Shown: piece by piece, positions 27,958 to 41,707 of the stretch
How the letters are laid out: each line of letters starts with the position of its first letter
Numbering within the stretch: position 1 is the stretch's first letter
Assembly (NCBI RefSeq): GCF_006345805.1
Contig: NC_043009.1
Span: 45,756,001-45,820,000 of the forward strand
Direction: 5' to 3'
From: Octopus sinensis
Taxonomy: Eukaryota
Length of the DNA: 64,000 nucleotides
Notes under the pieces: model-generated
The model's input: only the letters and a program-made list of their open reading frames with translations
Database searches by the model: none
What the model was told of the DNA's origin: nothing
Made by a program: the position numbers and the translations under genes

Positions 27958-28120
27958 GGCGCAAGAGTGGTTGTGTGGTAAGAAGCTTGCTTCCCAACCA
28001 CATAGTTCTGGGTTCAGTCCCACTGAGTGGCACCTCGGGCAAGCGTCTTATACTATAGCTTCGGGCCAGCCCAAAACTTGTGAGTGGATTTAGTAGACGG
28101 AAACTGAATGAATCCCCATC

Positions 28121-28159
<39 letters not shown>

Positions 28160-28418
28160 TGTGTGTATGTATGTATGTATATATGTATGTATGTAAGCAT
28201 GTATATATGTATTTGTGTGTCTGTGTTTGTGGCTCCACCATCGTTTGACAACCGATGTTGGTCTATTAACGGTCCTATCTTCTAGCGGTTCGGCAAAGAG
28301 ACCGATAGAATAATTACTAGGCTTATAATGAATAAGTCCTGGGGTCAATTTATTCGACTGAAAGTGTTCCAGCATGGCCGCAGTGAAATAACTGAAACAA
28401 GTAAAAGAACAAAAGAAT
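27958..28418 (+). mobile_element. SINE family A, full length
   Basis: Colinear with 2-413. Confidence 0.9.
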
Positions 28419-29012
28419 ATTTTTGAACATTATATTGTAATCTGGATATAAAAATATTTTCATAATTTATTTAAATTTTAAATATTGTCATTATTATTAT
28501 CATCCTTAGTTAGCTCGAAAATTTGTTATTCCCATTTCCGTTAAGTTCATATCCAGGCCTCAAATAATTTTTCCCGTCTTTATTCTCGGCTCATAAAATA
28601 ATGTATCGCCTAAGGATTGGATCAATTTACCGGTGAATATGCCTCCCACGAAATACATGGTTCTCTGCTTATGCTACGACTTATAATATTTACGTTTATT
28701 ACGTGTCTTTATGTTCTGAATTCAAATATGGAAACGTTAGCTTTGGCTTTCTCATATCGTCGTGAAAATAAATCATTAGTTAAGGGAACGGAGCCCATTA
28801 ACCAACTATTCTCTTCTCCCAAAATTTTGGCTTGGTATCTGAATCATATAATATGGTATTTTAGGTGGATGATAGTCTCCGATAGAGAAGAAAATTTATG
28901 CAAGAATTTTGCGATCTAGTTTACTGGCAAATCTTTCACTGGTTGTACAAAGATTTACAGAAAGGTTTCAGAACATGTATTTCTTTCTTTTGTACAAGTA
29001 TGTTTTGTACAG

Positions 29013-29123
29013 AGAGAAACTCAGCATTTACTTACAGACTCATGGAATTTTCAGTGTATGACTACCAAGAAACATTTACTGCACATGTTTATAATGTATC
29101 AAATGATATTCACGTACATCCAA
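29013..29123 (+). other. Candidate internal exon (111 nt) of unknown gene
   Basis: Acceptor GTTTTGTACAG and donor CAA|GTAAAT. Two open frames (RETQHLL...FTYIQ; RNSAFTYRLMEFSV...IHVHP). No firm homology. Confidence 0.25.
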
Positions 29124-29601
29124 GTAAATTTTAATAAAGGATTATTATTTAGACTAAAATAAGTACTATAATCTATAACATTAATTATATTGCAATATTC
29201 GGTGTATTTATTACTAGTCGTCAAGATTTACAATCAAAACAACCAATATGTAGCTAGTTTGTCAAATCATTTATAATCAACACTAAATTCGGAATTTCAC
29301 TTCATCTCTTTTAAAAGCAAAACAATTCTGAAAAAAAAAGGTTGAATTAAAATTTACTATAAGGCTACATCCACTCATTTACTATATTATTTGAACAATA
29401 CGTCTTCTAGCAGGTTGGTATTGATGTTAACCCAACAACATTTCTGATAGTGCAATTCTAAAATCAAGGGTGTTCCGTGAACAGTTTCTCTTTTATGTTT
29501 CAGAATTAGGACTACATTGTATAATATATCCTTTACTTTGTGAGGAAATATGATGTTATTTGATGACGACTTACATTGTATTTATAAAAGTTTGTGTGAC
29601 C

Positions 29602-30810
29602 ACATCACTTAAATAAGAATTGTTTATATAAATACAGAAGTATAGGAAGGATTCAGTCGATTGAATCTATGCTAATATGTGACTGTTGGTTACTTTATTG
29701 AGGGAGAAATTTTAAGTACTGGTGAGACAAATTGTATGGTAGGATTTATTAGTTTCCTTCAGATTGAGGAAAAGTTAAATAAAATTTGCCTGAAGCGAAA
29801 GCATTTAGATTGTGGCGTGTCTGCGCTAAGAGCTGTTTTTTTTCTTTTCAGATTGATTATGGAAATGACTTTGCGACTGAACTAATCTTTGGGCTTTGTG
29901 AAATATACGACTGATTTGAGAATCATATATTTAATAGTTACACATGCATTAGAGAATTAAATTCTAAGGAGACTGATGAATAACTTTTCCGAATATATTT
30001 CGCCTTGTGTGATAACCATGGGCATATGACTTCCACAGAATAGGTTGTTATTACAGTAATTATTTAATTACTTTATTATACAAGAACAAATTATCTGGTA
30101 GTTTTCTTCCTGTTCATTGTCACTTTCAATCGATGCACTGCTTAAGAGAAAAAAATCTACAAAATACGTTTCCACATAACAGTATTTTAATTTAATTTAA
30201 TTAGTGTTAGATAAAGTGGAAGGCCCTAATTACGTGTTCGATTTATCTTTGAAGCGCAAATGAAGTATTTGAATTGCGGGCATTATGACATTATTAACAA
30301 GTGTTTTGTTAATGTAATGGCGTACTTAACGCATTTTTTACGCTTCTCAGACTTTACATAAATGGTTGCCGTTATTTTACTCAAAACATCACCTGTATTA
30401 ACCAGGAGGTTTCTCTGGAAGTCTTTTCATAAATATCTTCCCTATTCGTGTTGCATTTTTTCCTTGTCTTCCTAAAAACATTTGAAATATTGAAGGAAGA
30501 AAAATAAATGAAATGCTTTTATTTCTTGTTTGTGAAAATGAAAACAGGAAATAAAATTGAATTTGCCGATTGAATTACGATTCAAGTCGTACTGAAGTTT
30601 CGTGAAGAGAATAAAAATATTTTAATGACATTTTTATTGTGCATAGACAAAATGGCGTATAAAAACACTACATTACTTAAATAAGAATTGATTATATAGA
30701 TACATAAGTATAGGAAGGATTCAGTCGATTGAATCGATGCTAATATGTGACTGTTAGTTACTTTATTGAGGGAGAAATTTTAAGTACTGGTGAGACAAAT
30801 TGTATGGTAG
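29602..30810 (+). repeat. 141-bp direct repeat pair (29602-29742 and 30670-30810), 1068 bp apart
   Basis: By-eye alignment gives 6 mismatches and no indels. Confidence 0.9.
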
Positions 30811-32975
30811 AATAAATGGGGAATAAAAACTGTAAAGTGGTAGCACCTAAACAATATGGCTATATTTCATTGCAACACGTTTAAAATTTTCTTATAGCTT
30901 CCTACTTTCGAAATTACAATATTTTGTTGCGGCATATACATTCTAAGATCAAATCGCGTCTTTGTCGATTTGCCTTTTCTTCCTTCGAGGATGAATAAAG
31001 AAAAGAACCTTTCAAGCAGGGGATATTTAATCTCCTCTACCCATTCCTCAAATTTGAGGTCTTCTGCCTGTTTTACAAACATGTACTTGTGGTGTAAGCA
31101 GTAATGTCGTCTGAACCTTCATTCCAAATTTTATGTGGCACGAGGTGGGGTACATATGAATCGATCCTCATAAGTTGTGGCATTTCAATTCCAGCTTTTA
31201 AACATTTCACATAATATTCATCTCTGACAGTCTTGAGAAAAACATGACTATTCTGCCGCTGGACTTTGAGTTCGAGCAAAAATACGTTAGAGCTTATATT
31301 TGATAATTCAATATTGTACATTAAGAAGTTATTAAAAATTATTGTATCAAAGCTATTAGCGTGCGTTTTGCTTTAATTCCCTATCAATAAATTAATTACC
31401 AGTAAGACATTGATGAACAGTCATTTGATTATATAATTCCCATAGAAATGTTATCTTATTAACATACAAATACAAATATTAGCAGCTAAAGAATGGCTGG
31501 CTATAAAAAGCAAACCTCAGTTCCTTGTAATTATTTTTAATCTGTACAAGCGAAATGAAAATCTGCAATTGTGCTCATATGTAATTGCGCATTTTTAACG
31601 CTTAAATTTAAATGATGTTTACGTTAGTAAATCGACTTTTGTCGTTTGTGCCATCCATTATTTTAATATCTATTTATAAGTATAACCCTTGGATACTTAT
31701 AGCTAATTTCTTTCATCGAATGCATAACTGCATAAGTTACTTATATTTGGCACATTTAAACATGAGACAAACGATTTATTTACGAAAGACATGTTCTATG
31801 GTAATTTTGGTCTTAACACTAATTTAACAAAACTAAGATTTATAAAGGATGATCACACAACTGTAGACAGGAGAATGATTTATTAAGAGAATATTAATAG
31901 TTCGACTATTTAGACTGCAGCAAACCTGGCTGATACAACCGAGCGATGGACGAAGTTTATATTCTGATACTTAATTAGGTCCTTCACTGTGTAGTTGAGT
32001 TTGTCTTTCGTTAGAGTATAACTAAAATCGATAAAATGAAAGTAAAATATTAGTTGTAACTGATAGACTGCATCATCTTATCAGATAAAACTTGTTTTGT
32101 ACATAAGCAAGAAATCAATACTAGAGAAATTGTTTTCTCTAAATATCATTCGTTAGAAGCTAATATGATGTATATTAAACGAGACATGTTTAAACCACTA
32201 AGCTTTCATAAGCTATCGTAATATATATAGAGACAAGTGATATAGACGCATACCTACTGTTTATTTCTTATAAAGATTTAAGCGTCAAGTTATATAAATA
32301 ATAACAAATTCTGACGACGTTCTTGCTTTAAACGTATACTGGTGTTGGGTTTCAGTCAATGATGGTGAAGTGACTAGATTCCAGCAAGGTAGCTGGGCCA
32401 CATTTCGGATCTGCCCCGAAGTCAACAGTGATAACATGTTAACTAATTCGTATATTGCATATATGAAATCCTTATATATGCATGTACTAACATAATTTTA
32501 ATTACATGTAGCTTGTGGTTATTTTGGCGGATGCCTGTTTTATTTCATTTAGTTTTGTGCATGCGCCATACACCAAAATGTAATCTTTTGCCACCTGTTT
32601 CAATATCGCCGTTTTGAATTACAATTTCAAGTTACTTTGGAACTAACAGCATGGGATCACGAAACTATATACACACTAACGCTATATACTCTCTCATTAT
32701 ATATCAATTGTATTATAGCTGTATGGACGATAACATCTGGGGCAGATTACATAATATTGTACTGAAAAGGAAAGTTTGCTATTGTAAAATTAATGGTGTC
32801 TCTCTAAAACAAACTTCAAGTGAACTTGTGTTGAATGGAAATGAATCTTGAGTAACCTTTTGGACAACTGAGAATTCATCTCGATGTACAGTACCTCTTA
32901 TTTATTAGGTCGCGATGATAATTATTTTAGTCAAGCAGTGTGTTGCAATGTATTTCAATATTAAAAAGATGCTAG

Positions 32976-33190
32976 GAGGTGAGCTGACAGAATCGTTAGC
33001 ACTCCGGGTGGGATGCTTAGCGGCATTTCGCCCGTCTTTATGTTCTGAGTTCAATTCCCGCCGAGGTTAACTTAGCATTTCATGCTTTTGGAGTCGATAT
33101 AACAAATACACATCCAGCACTGGGATTGATGTAATCGACTTAACCCCTCCCCCGAAATTACTGGGCTTGTGCCAAAATGGGAAATCAATA
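32976..33190 (+). mobile_element. SINE family B monomer
   Basis: Head GGAGGTGAGCTGACAGAATCGTTAGCAC, central domain, tail CCCCGAAATTACTGGGCTTGTGCC. Confidence 0.88.
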
Positions 33191-33508
33191 TTAGGACAGT
33201 TTATAGCAGACTTGGGCAAACTTATTTGCCGTATAACTTTGGTTCCTTTACTTTCTGGTTTGTTATTCTGTTGACATTTTTCATGACATGTTTTCATGTA
33301 CCCCAGTTAATTCATTTAGCTGCCACATCTATCAAGTTTGTGATATGTTGTGTCCGTATTATACATCAATACATATTAATATAGTATTATCCCTGTCTTT
33401 CCAAAAGATTTGTAAGGAATGCAAATTGAGTTTGCTTCAATAGAAATTCTTAGTAATTGATATAGTGCTTGAAGGCACTGCACTCCCACATGCTATACAT
33501 GAAATTAT

Positions 33509-33545
<37 letters not shown>

Positions 33546-33628
33546 AATTAGTCAATAAAAGTTATACGACTGAAGAAGTGACAGTTTACGATATATATAT
33601 AGACTACAGCAAGAGAGTGCATATAAAG

Positions 33629-34015
33629 GGGGCGAGCTGGCAGCGTTGTTAGCACGCCGGGCGAAATGCTTAGCGGTATTTCGTCTGCGTTACGTTGTGT
33701 GTTCAAATTCCGCCCAGGTCGACTTTGCCTTTCATCCTTTCGGGGTCGATAAATTAAGTATCAGTTACGCACTGGGGTCGATGTAATCGACTTAATACCT
33801 TTGTCTGTCCTTGTTCGTCCCCTCTGTGTTTAGCCCCTTGTGGGTATTAAAGAAATGTGTATTTCATCTGTCATTACGTTTTGAGTTCAAATTCCGCCGA
33901 GGTCGACTTTACTTTTCATACTTTCGGGATTGATAAATTAAGTACCAGTTGCGCACTAAGGTCGATATAATCGACTAGCGCCTCCCCCAATATTTCGCGG
34001 CTTGAGCCTAGAGTG
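33629..34015 (+). mobile_element. SINE family B dimer
   Basis: Full unit to about 33858, then a second unit starting at GTATTTCATCTGTC with a different tail. Confidence 0.9.
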
Positions 34016-34857
34016 CATATAAGAAAAGTTTGTCTCTAGAAAATCTAAACGTGGAGTATGCGACTATTCAGCTTTAATTTGCTGCAATAAATTTATCTAT
34101 AAAAGAATTCTTTCGAAACAGGCTTACACTGAGGAAGGGTAAAACAATGACTTTCGAGTATTAAGAAAATCTGATTGTCTTTTGTCCACAGATTTTTTTC
34201 TCTCTCTTTCAAGTATTCCCAACTAGCCGTTGATAGAAATGATAACAACATTCTGTTAGCTTAAATGACCTGAAACAAATATTGCTTGCATCTGTTTAGC
34301 TAAGCGATGAGCACACACACAATACATACACACAACGGACAAATACACTTGAAGAGACACACACATGTATAATGCGTAGGTGTAACGTGAGCAACATGTT
34401 TAAACTGTAGACTGTACGTCAGTACAGATGTGTGAGTGTATGTGACAAAATTATATAACATAACGATAATAGAAAAAAAATAATAATACAAATAATTTAC
34501 GTCTGGAATATTTGCTGCTGCTCTACGTTTTATTCCTTGACGTTAACTGTAAGCTTTTTCGACTTTAAAACATTTCATCAGTTAAGCTATATAGGCCTGT
34601 GTATTTGACCTTCAATTTATAGGAGATAACAAAATAGATATTCGTCTGGTAAAGCTATATGAAACCGAAAGCGCTGAAGGTCAACGAATAAGCAATAAAT
34701 AATGAGCTAACAGCAAGGTTTTTACTGAACACTCATCTTCAATGCTGTCTCTTTTGCTGTTTTGTTATTTAATACTTATCATGCAGACATAGCTGCACTG
34801 CAATATTTCCCAGTATACATACAGAAACACATATATAAGTATATATATATAGTATAT

Positions 34858-34915
<58 letters not shown>

Positions 34916-34918
34916 TAT

Positions 34919-34954
<36 letters not shown>

Positions 34955-34974
34955 ATAAAAGACAAATTAGAGTG

Positions 34975-37620
34975 AAAAACTACAGAAGGCTTGTGTTTAT
35001 GGTTAGAAAAAATATTTAAATCGTTATGTTAGAAAAATGTTAGAAAATTTTGCGTATGATTACATTGTGTTTTGGAGAAATCTGACACTATTGTGTATAT
35101 CCTTCATGCAAGGTGGAAGGCCATGTTTCTTTTGGTGTGTCTTGGTTGGCATGAATTAAATAGTAGATATTGTTTGCCGTCTGTGGTTTTGTAAAATATG
35201 CTCGTTTCTATTTTTAGGTTTATTTTTTTAATTAGTATATCCAAGAATGGGAGTTCCTTTTGATTGCACTCCTTTGTGAACTGCATGTTTGCGTTGACGC
35301 TGTTCAATAGTCTTTTCAATTTCAGTAATTTGTCTGTGTTTTCATTCTACAGTATGAAACAGTCGTCTAGAAATCTTTTCCAATTTTTTTCATGTATTGG
35401 GAAAGCGGGGTTTCCAAAGGTAGATGAAGATTTTTGGTATATTATTATTTCCAGATAGCCCATTGTTAGGTTAGGAATGCAAAGGTAGATGATGATTTGT
35501 GGTATATTATTTCCAGATAACCCATTGTTAGGTTCGGAATGACTGGGGCTGCCCTAGTGTCCAGGGCAATTCCGGATTTTGTCGATAAAACGTTTTGTTA
35601 AACATAAAGTGTTTGTTTCGTAGGATGAATTCAACCGATTCAATTATGAATCCTTTGCTGACCCTTTCTGGAATTTCTTTCGAGAATTGGTCCAGCCAGA
35701 ACTGAATTGCCTCAAGCCCATAATTGAGGTATTTTGATATATAAATTAATCACAGCAAATGAAACCATGATTGTTTCTACATTGACTTTTTTTAGGAGGT
35801 GATTTAATATATCCAAGTCATCTCTGATATAGCTATTGATGTGTTTAAGGGTTTCAGGGAGATGTCCATAAATAGACCTAGTTGTTTGAGTTTCACAGGC
35901 TAGGCCAGCTATAATGGGTCGTAATTTTAGGTCCCCTGGGTTTGCTGTATGTATGTACGTCTTTGGTGATTTTTTATGGTTTCGTTTATAATCTGGCTTT
36001 TGTGGACTTTTGGCAGACCGTAGAAAAGGCTAAGTTTGCATTTAAAGTTTGTTAAAAGATCAATTTCTTTGGTTGTCAGTTCTTTTCCATGGGTTTTAAT
36101 TAGTGATGACATGGTTTTCATGATTTTTTTGCGGGCGGCGATTTGTGATTTTTTCGTAATGTTGACTGTTATTAAGCATGGCGATTACTAGATTTCTATA
36201 GTATAATGTGTCCATTACTATCAACACTGCGCTTCATTTATCTGTTTCTTTAAGAGTTATATCTTCATTATTTTGAACTTCTTCTAGTTCCTTCCATTGT
36301 GTAGTGCTAAAGTTTGAGTTGACTTTTTGTTTATGCATGGTATGGTAGGGAAAGTTCTCAATGTGGTTGCAGAATTCATCAAGATCTTTCATTTTTTCCT
36401 TTGTGGGGGATATGTTCCCTTTTGTTTTTGACTAGGGAGCCATCTTCAGTATTGTAATTGGCTAATCCTTCTGTGAGTCTTAATTTTATGCAGAATTCTA
36501 TTATACTGTTCTTCACTTCATTTTGGTTGGCTCTGCATGGAGTTGGGGTGAATTTAAACCCTTTTGAGAGGATTCTATTTTTTGTGCTTGAAAGAGGTTT
36601 AGTTGAGAGGTTAATTATCTTCGTTTTTTCCTAATCAACAGTTTCCAACCTGTGTCCTGGTATCTCTGGTCTAGGGCTAGAAAATGTAGGTCGCATTTTT
36701 TTTGCATGAGCTGTCTGTGAAGTTGTATGGGATTGATCCGGGGGAATGGTGGCATTGTTGCTTCAGATTGTTATGTGTGTCGGGGTGTCTATGGATGTTT
36801 TTTGGTAGTGATGTGTGTAACATTTATGTATCCGGTATAGTTATGCTTAGAATTTCTTGTATGCGGGGTGTTTCTTGATCTAGTGTTAATTTGTCCTTGT
36901 GTTCGGTGGGGACCAGTTATTTTGGGTCATGGGGTAGTAGTGCCTGGTATGTGGTGTGTTTCTTATCACGTGTATCTATGTGGTGTGTTGTTATGGGGTG
37001 GTTATGCCTGGTATTGGGACGTTGTTGGTGTGTTCTGTTCCTGGTGTATGGGTGATCTTTAGATTTGGTGTAATGTATTTCATAAATGTGTTGGCTGTCA
37101 GCTTGTTCGCTGCTTAGTTTCGGGTGGTTCAAAAATGGTGGCGGTAGGTGATTTCTATAATGATATATGGAGGATAATGAGGAGGGTTGTTGTTGACTAA
37201 GTGGTAAAAATTGGGTGGTTATTTGTGCGTTTTTCAGATTTTGTTTGTTATTTATAGTTTTTTTTATAGAAAAGGATTATCTGCACTGAATTCTTTTTTA
37301 AAAGTTGATTCATATCTTTCGAAGAAATCATTGCTTTTTTTCCCATCGTAGGAGAGAATTTCTTTCTTCATTTTCACAGACTTCTTTCCAAAGATTTATG
37401 GTGTTTTCGATGGGTTGTCCCTCGGTTTCTTTGTTTATTTCCCTGTGCAACTCCTCGTCGATGTTTTTATATTTTTCTTCATTAATGGTGGCTCTAAGTC
37501 TTAGTAGTTCGATCTCTGATTTTAGATGGAACAGTGATAACCTTCCCCTAATAATCCTCTGTCCGTCAGGCTCATTTGGTGTTCTTTTGATTTAGAATTT
37601 GCGTGGAAGAGTGATTGGTG
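34975..37620 (-). mobile_element. Decayed Penelope-like element: N-terminal region and RT, with no GIY-YIG domain
   Basis: Minus-strand frames give IINLSTKPLS...ILSKGFKFTPTP, FYGLPKVHK, LRPIIAG, WKRFLDDCF (RT catalytic motif) and LPFLDILI...FYKTTDGKQYLLFNSCQP. There are many stops and frameshifts, and both ends lie in (TA)n. Confidence 0.9.
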
Positions 37621-37631
37621 TTGATATGTTG

Positions 37632-37663
<32 letters not shown>

Positions 37664-37674
37664 TTATATATATA

Positions 37675-37752
<78 letters not shown>

Positions 37753-37822
37753 CCGCAGGCGTGTCTGTGTGGTAAGAAGCTTTCTTTCCAACCACATGGT
37801 TCCGGGTACAGTCCCATGCAAT
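37753..37822 (+). mobile_element. SINE family A head fragment
   Basis: GCAGGCGTGTCTGTGTGGTAAGAAGCTT...CCAACCACATGGTTCCGGGTACAGTCCC. Confidence 0.8.
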
Positions 37823-38375
37823 GGGACTGAAGAGCTACTAAAATAAGACCGACTAATAGTTTCTTACTTCAGAGATACTGTGATTGGGCAGATTTATAAC
37901 AGGTGCCTTCGCGTTACCAAGCAAACTTGAAGCTCAGGACATATGGTTAGTTCTCTTTGAAAATCGGGATGTTAGTACATGAGAAACTGCGAGAAAATTT
38001 TTTTTTAAACGAGAAGATTGACGCCAAAAGTGGAAGAAGACAAAGGGTGAATAAAACGGAAAAGAAAGGAAAGAAAAGAAAATTGTAATTTATGTTCCCT
38101 TTGACCGTAGAAATCATAATTAATCGAGCTGGAGTAGAATAATTTAACAGTGGGGTGTCTAAACCTTGCGAAAAAACTGCTCAATCCGGAGAGGGTGGTA
38201 TGCTCCAGGAATTTGTTTTGTCCATGTGCTTACATTTGCTGTAAGCATTAAATTTGACGATTGCTTGGAGAGACAATATACGTTATACAAACGTGCTAAA
38301 TAGTAGTGTCACTATTAGCAAAAAACAAGAAGTAGCTCTTATTTTAAACGATCATACATACATATGTACATATAT

Positions 38376-38434
<59 letters not shown>

Positions 38435-38441
38435 CATGCGT

Positions 38442-38496
<55 letters not shown>

Positions 38497-38868
38497 AATA
38501 AATACACACACGCACGCATATATCTGTAAGGAGAATGAGTGATGAATCCACGTAATAATAAGTAAAAAGATCATGAAATAAAAACGAAGCAAACAACTGA
38601 ATATGAAGTTATACAAGTAAAAACAGGTGGTATTAAGATACAGAATGTGTAGAAAAAAACAACAAACAAACATGTCAATTGCAAAGGTACCAGGTAATGT
38701 GACAACATGGCTTTTGACCTTTTGCGACGAGAAATAAAGGAAGTCAGATATACAAGAGAAAATAAATAGAAATGGTTTATGACGTCAATTTACATTAGTG
38801 ACTCTCTCACTGTATCTAATTTTCGCTGTATGCCTCTTTGTGTGTGTATGTCTCCCTCTCTCTGTACT

Positions 38869-38875
<7 letters not shown>

Positions 38876-38914
<39 letters not shown>

Positions 38915-39255
38915 ATATAACATATGTATAATATTTATAAGATGTTTTATTTTTTCATGGATGTCGTGGTTTTGTCCTTCGATGTTTATTCTGAACGGTT
39001 TGTGCAATGCAGTGTCTCCTCTATAATCAATCATAGCTTGTATTTAATACGAATATCAACACAACACTATTCTGTGTTTAATATAAATATCAACACTATA
39101 CTATACTGAGTTTAATATAAATATTAACACTGTACTACATCGTAAGTTCTCTACATGTTTATGCATTTCATGCTAATTTTACAGCTGAGCCATCTCATAC
39201 ACACGCGCACACACACACACAAGCACGCGTTCGCGCGTGTGCGTATGCGTGTCCT

Positions 39256-39287
<32 letters not shown>

Positions 39288-39884
39288 TGTGTGTTATGAA
39301 TGTATGAGTTTTGCTGTTTGTGGACGTTCGTAGGTGTCTTGAATGAATCAGCTTGTGGGAGTGTAGTTGAGTGCCTGTGTCTGTTTGTGTGTATACAGAG
39401 ACAAAATTAGCTAGGATTCCGCCAGAAGAGTATATTAATATTGGATTTATATATGGGGAAGATAATTTCCAATGTCCAGATATAATAAATGTTGTTAATA
39501 TATGTCAAAAAGGTCGTTAGCTAGCAAGACACTGTAATTAACGTACAATAGATGAGATTTCCATACATTTCAGGCTGAACCAATATAGACACTATATCTA
39601 GCAAATTTGTCTATGATTTTATAATTTATTACGTTTGTGTCAGTCCGCTATGTACATAAACATAGCTACACCAAATCTAAATCAAAATATTGCAGCTGTG
39701 CTTCAAACATTTTCTGAACGAATATGAATATATCAAATGCGTCATCAACTCGGATCAACAGTTTCAGAAATCAAGGAAAACACTTTGTAGATGCTTAGAC
39801 GCTGAAAACAGCATTTGAAACATAGATTAAGCCATGTGTGATGAAGTCATACACCTTGCGATATAAATGACATTATCATTCTTG

Positions 39885-39919
<35 letters not shown>

Positions 39920-40909
39920 ATATAACATATGTATAATATTTATAAGATGTTTTATTTTTTCATGGATGTCGTGGTTTTGTCCTTCGATGTTTATTCTGAA
40001 CGGTTTGTGCAATGCAGTGTCTCCTCTATAATCAATCATAGCTTGTATTTAATACGAATATCAACACAACACTATTCTGTGTTTAATATAAATATCAACA
40101 CTATACTATACTGAGTTTAATATAAATATTAACACTGTACTACATCGTAAGTTCTCTACATGTTTATGCATTTCATGCTAATTTTACAGCTGAGCCATCT
40201 CATACACACGCGCACACACACACACAAGCACGCGTTCGCGCGTGTGCGTATGCGTGTCCTTGTGTGTGTGTGTGTGAGAGAGAGAGAGAGTGTGTGTTAT
40301 GAATGTATGAGTTTTGCTGTTTGTGGACGTTCGTAGGTGTCTTGAATGAATCAGCTTGTGGGAGTGTAGTGAGTGCCTGTGTCTGTTTGTGTGTATACAG
40401 AGACAAAATTAGCTAGGATTCCGCCAGAAGAGTATATTAATATTGGATTTATATATGGGGAAGATAATTTCCAATGTCCAGATATAATAAATGTTGTTAA
40501 TATATGTCAAAAAGGTCGTTAGCTAGCAAGACACTGTAATTAACGTACAATAGATGAGATTTCCATACATTTCAGGCTGAACCAATATAGACACTATATC
40601 TAGCAAATTTGTCTATGATTTTATAATTTATTACGTTTGTGTCAGTCCGCTATATACATAAACATAGCTACACCAAATCTAAATCAAAATATTGCAGCTG
40701 TGCTTCAAACATTTTCTGAACGAATATGAATATATCAAATGCGTCATCAACTCGGATCAACAGTTTCAGAAATCAAGGAAAACACTTTGTAGATGCTTAG
40801 ACGCTGAAAACAGCATTTGAAACATAGATTAAGCCATGTGTGATGAAGTCATACACCTTGCGATATAAATGACATTATCATTCTTGTATACACACACACA
40901 CACACACAC
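38876..40909 (+). repeat. Near-perfect tandem duplication of an approximately 1.0-kb unit, breakpoints in (CA)n
   Basis: Offset is 1005 at the unit start and 1002 at the unit end. I saw only one substitution (TATGTACAT/TATATACAT) and about 3 nt of indels. Confidence 0.95.
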
Positions 40910-41215
40910 ATACAAATATATATATCTATATGCACGTGTTTGTATCTGTGTTTGTCCCTCACCCTCTATCGTTTGACGACCAATGCTGGAGGGTAAGAAA
41001 TACATGTCTGTCGCAAGTCTCTGGAAAAGGACCCTCACTTTATGGGTTTGTGTGCAGGATCAATACTGATGACTTCCTGTAGCCTCCACTACATGCTCCG
41101 TCACCTCTTTATCACCATTCGACTTATGAATAAAGTGTGATGCTGTTCTTGCTTTATGAAAAACGTGGATGATGAGCAATACTGCAGTGGGCATGGTTTG
41201 TGGAGACAGTCTCGG

Positions 41216-41370
41216 TCTCACATCTTTTAAATTTGTACTAGGTCTTGCAGAAAGTGCCTACAGCCCGGTAGTTATTAAGATGTAAGATTTGTCTCTCACA
41301 TCTTTTAAATTTGTACTAGGTTTTTCAGAAAGTGCCTAGAGCCCGGTAGTTATTAAGACGTAATATTTTT
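41216..41370 (+). repeat. 78-bp tandem duplication
   Basis: TCTCACATCTTTTAAATTTGTACTAGG...GCCCGGTAGTTATTAAGA starts at both 41216 and 41294. Confidence 0.9.
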
Positions 41371-41563
41371 CTGGAGTGATCGTTTCCGGATGCAATTTTG
41401 TGACATGCTAACTGACCCATCCCTACTACTGTTTAACTGCGCAGATTTGAGAACGATAATGGCTAACAGGTTGTTCCACATGCAGCAATCTTCCAGAACA
41501 CTCGAACTTGAACCTCACTGCTGGACGCAATTTGATGTCATACTATGCAGAATGTATATATAC

Positions 41564-41630
<67 letters not shown>

Positions 41631-41707
41631 TATATATATATTATATTATATATATATATATATATATAATATATATATATATAGATATTATATATATATA
41701 TATATAA

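Noticed and set aside
34540-34597. Minus-strand CTGATGA...GAAA
   Set aside because: Stem II does not pair and no stem I forms in register.
38876-40909. Possible LTR pair or CRISPR-like repeat structure
   Set aside because: The units are directly adjacent with no internal region, no TG...CA ends and no repeat-spacer pattern. This is a simple tandem duplication in a eukaryotic genome.
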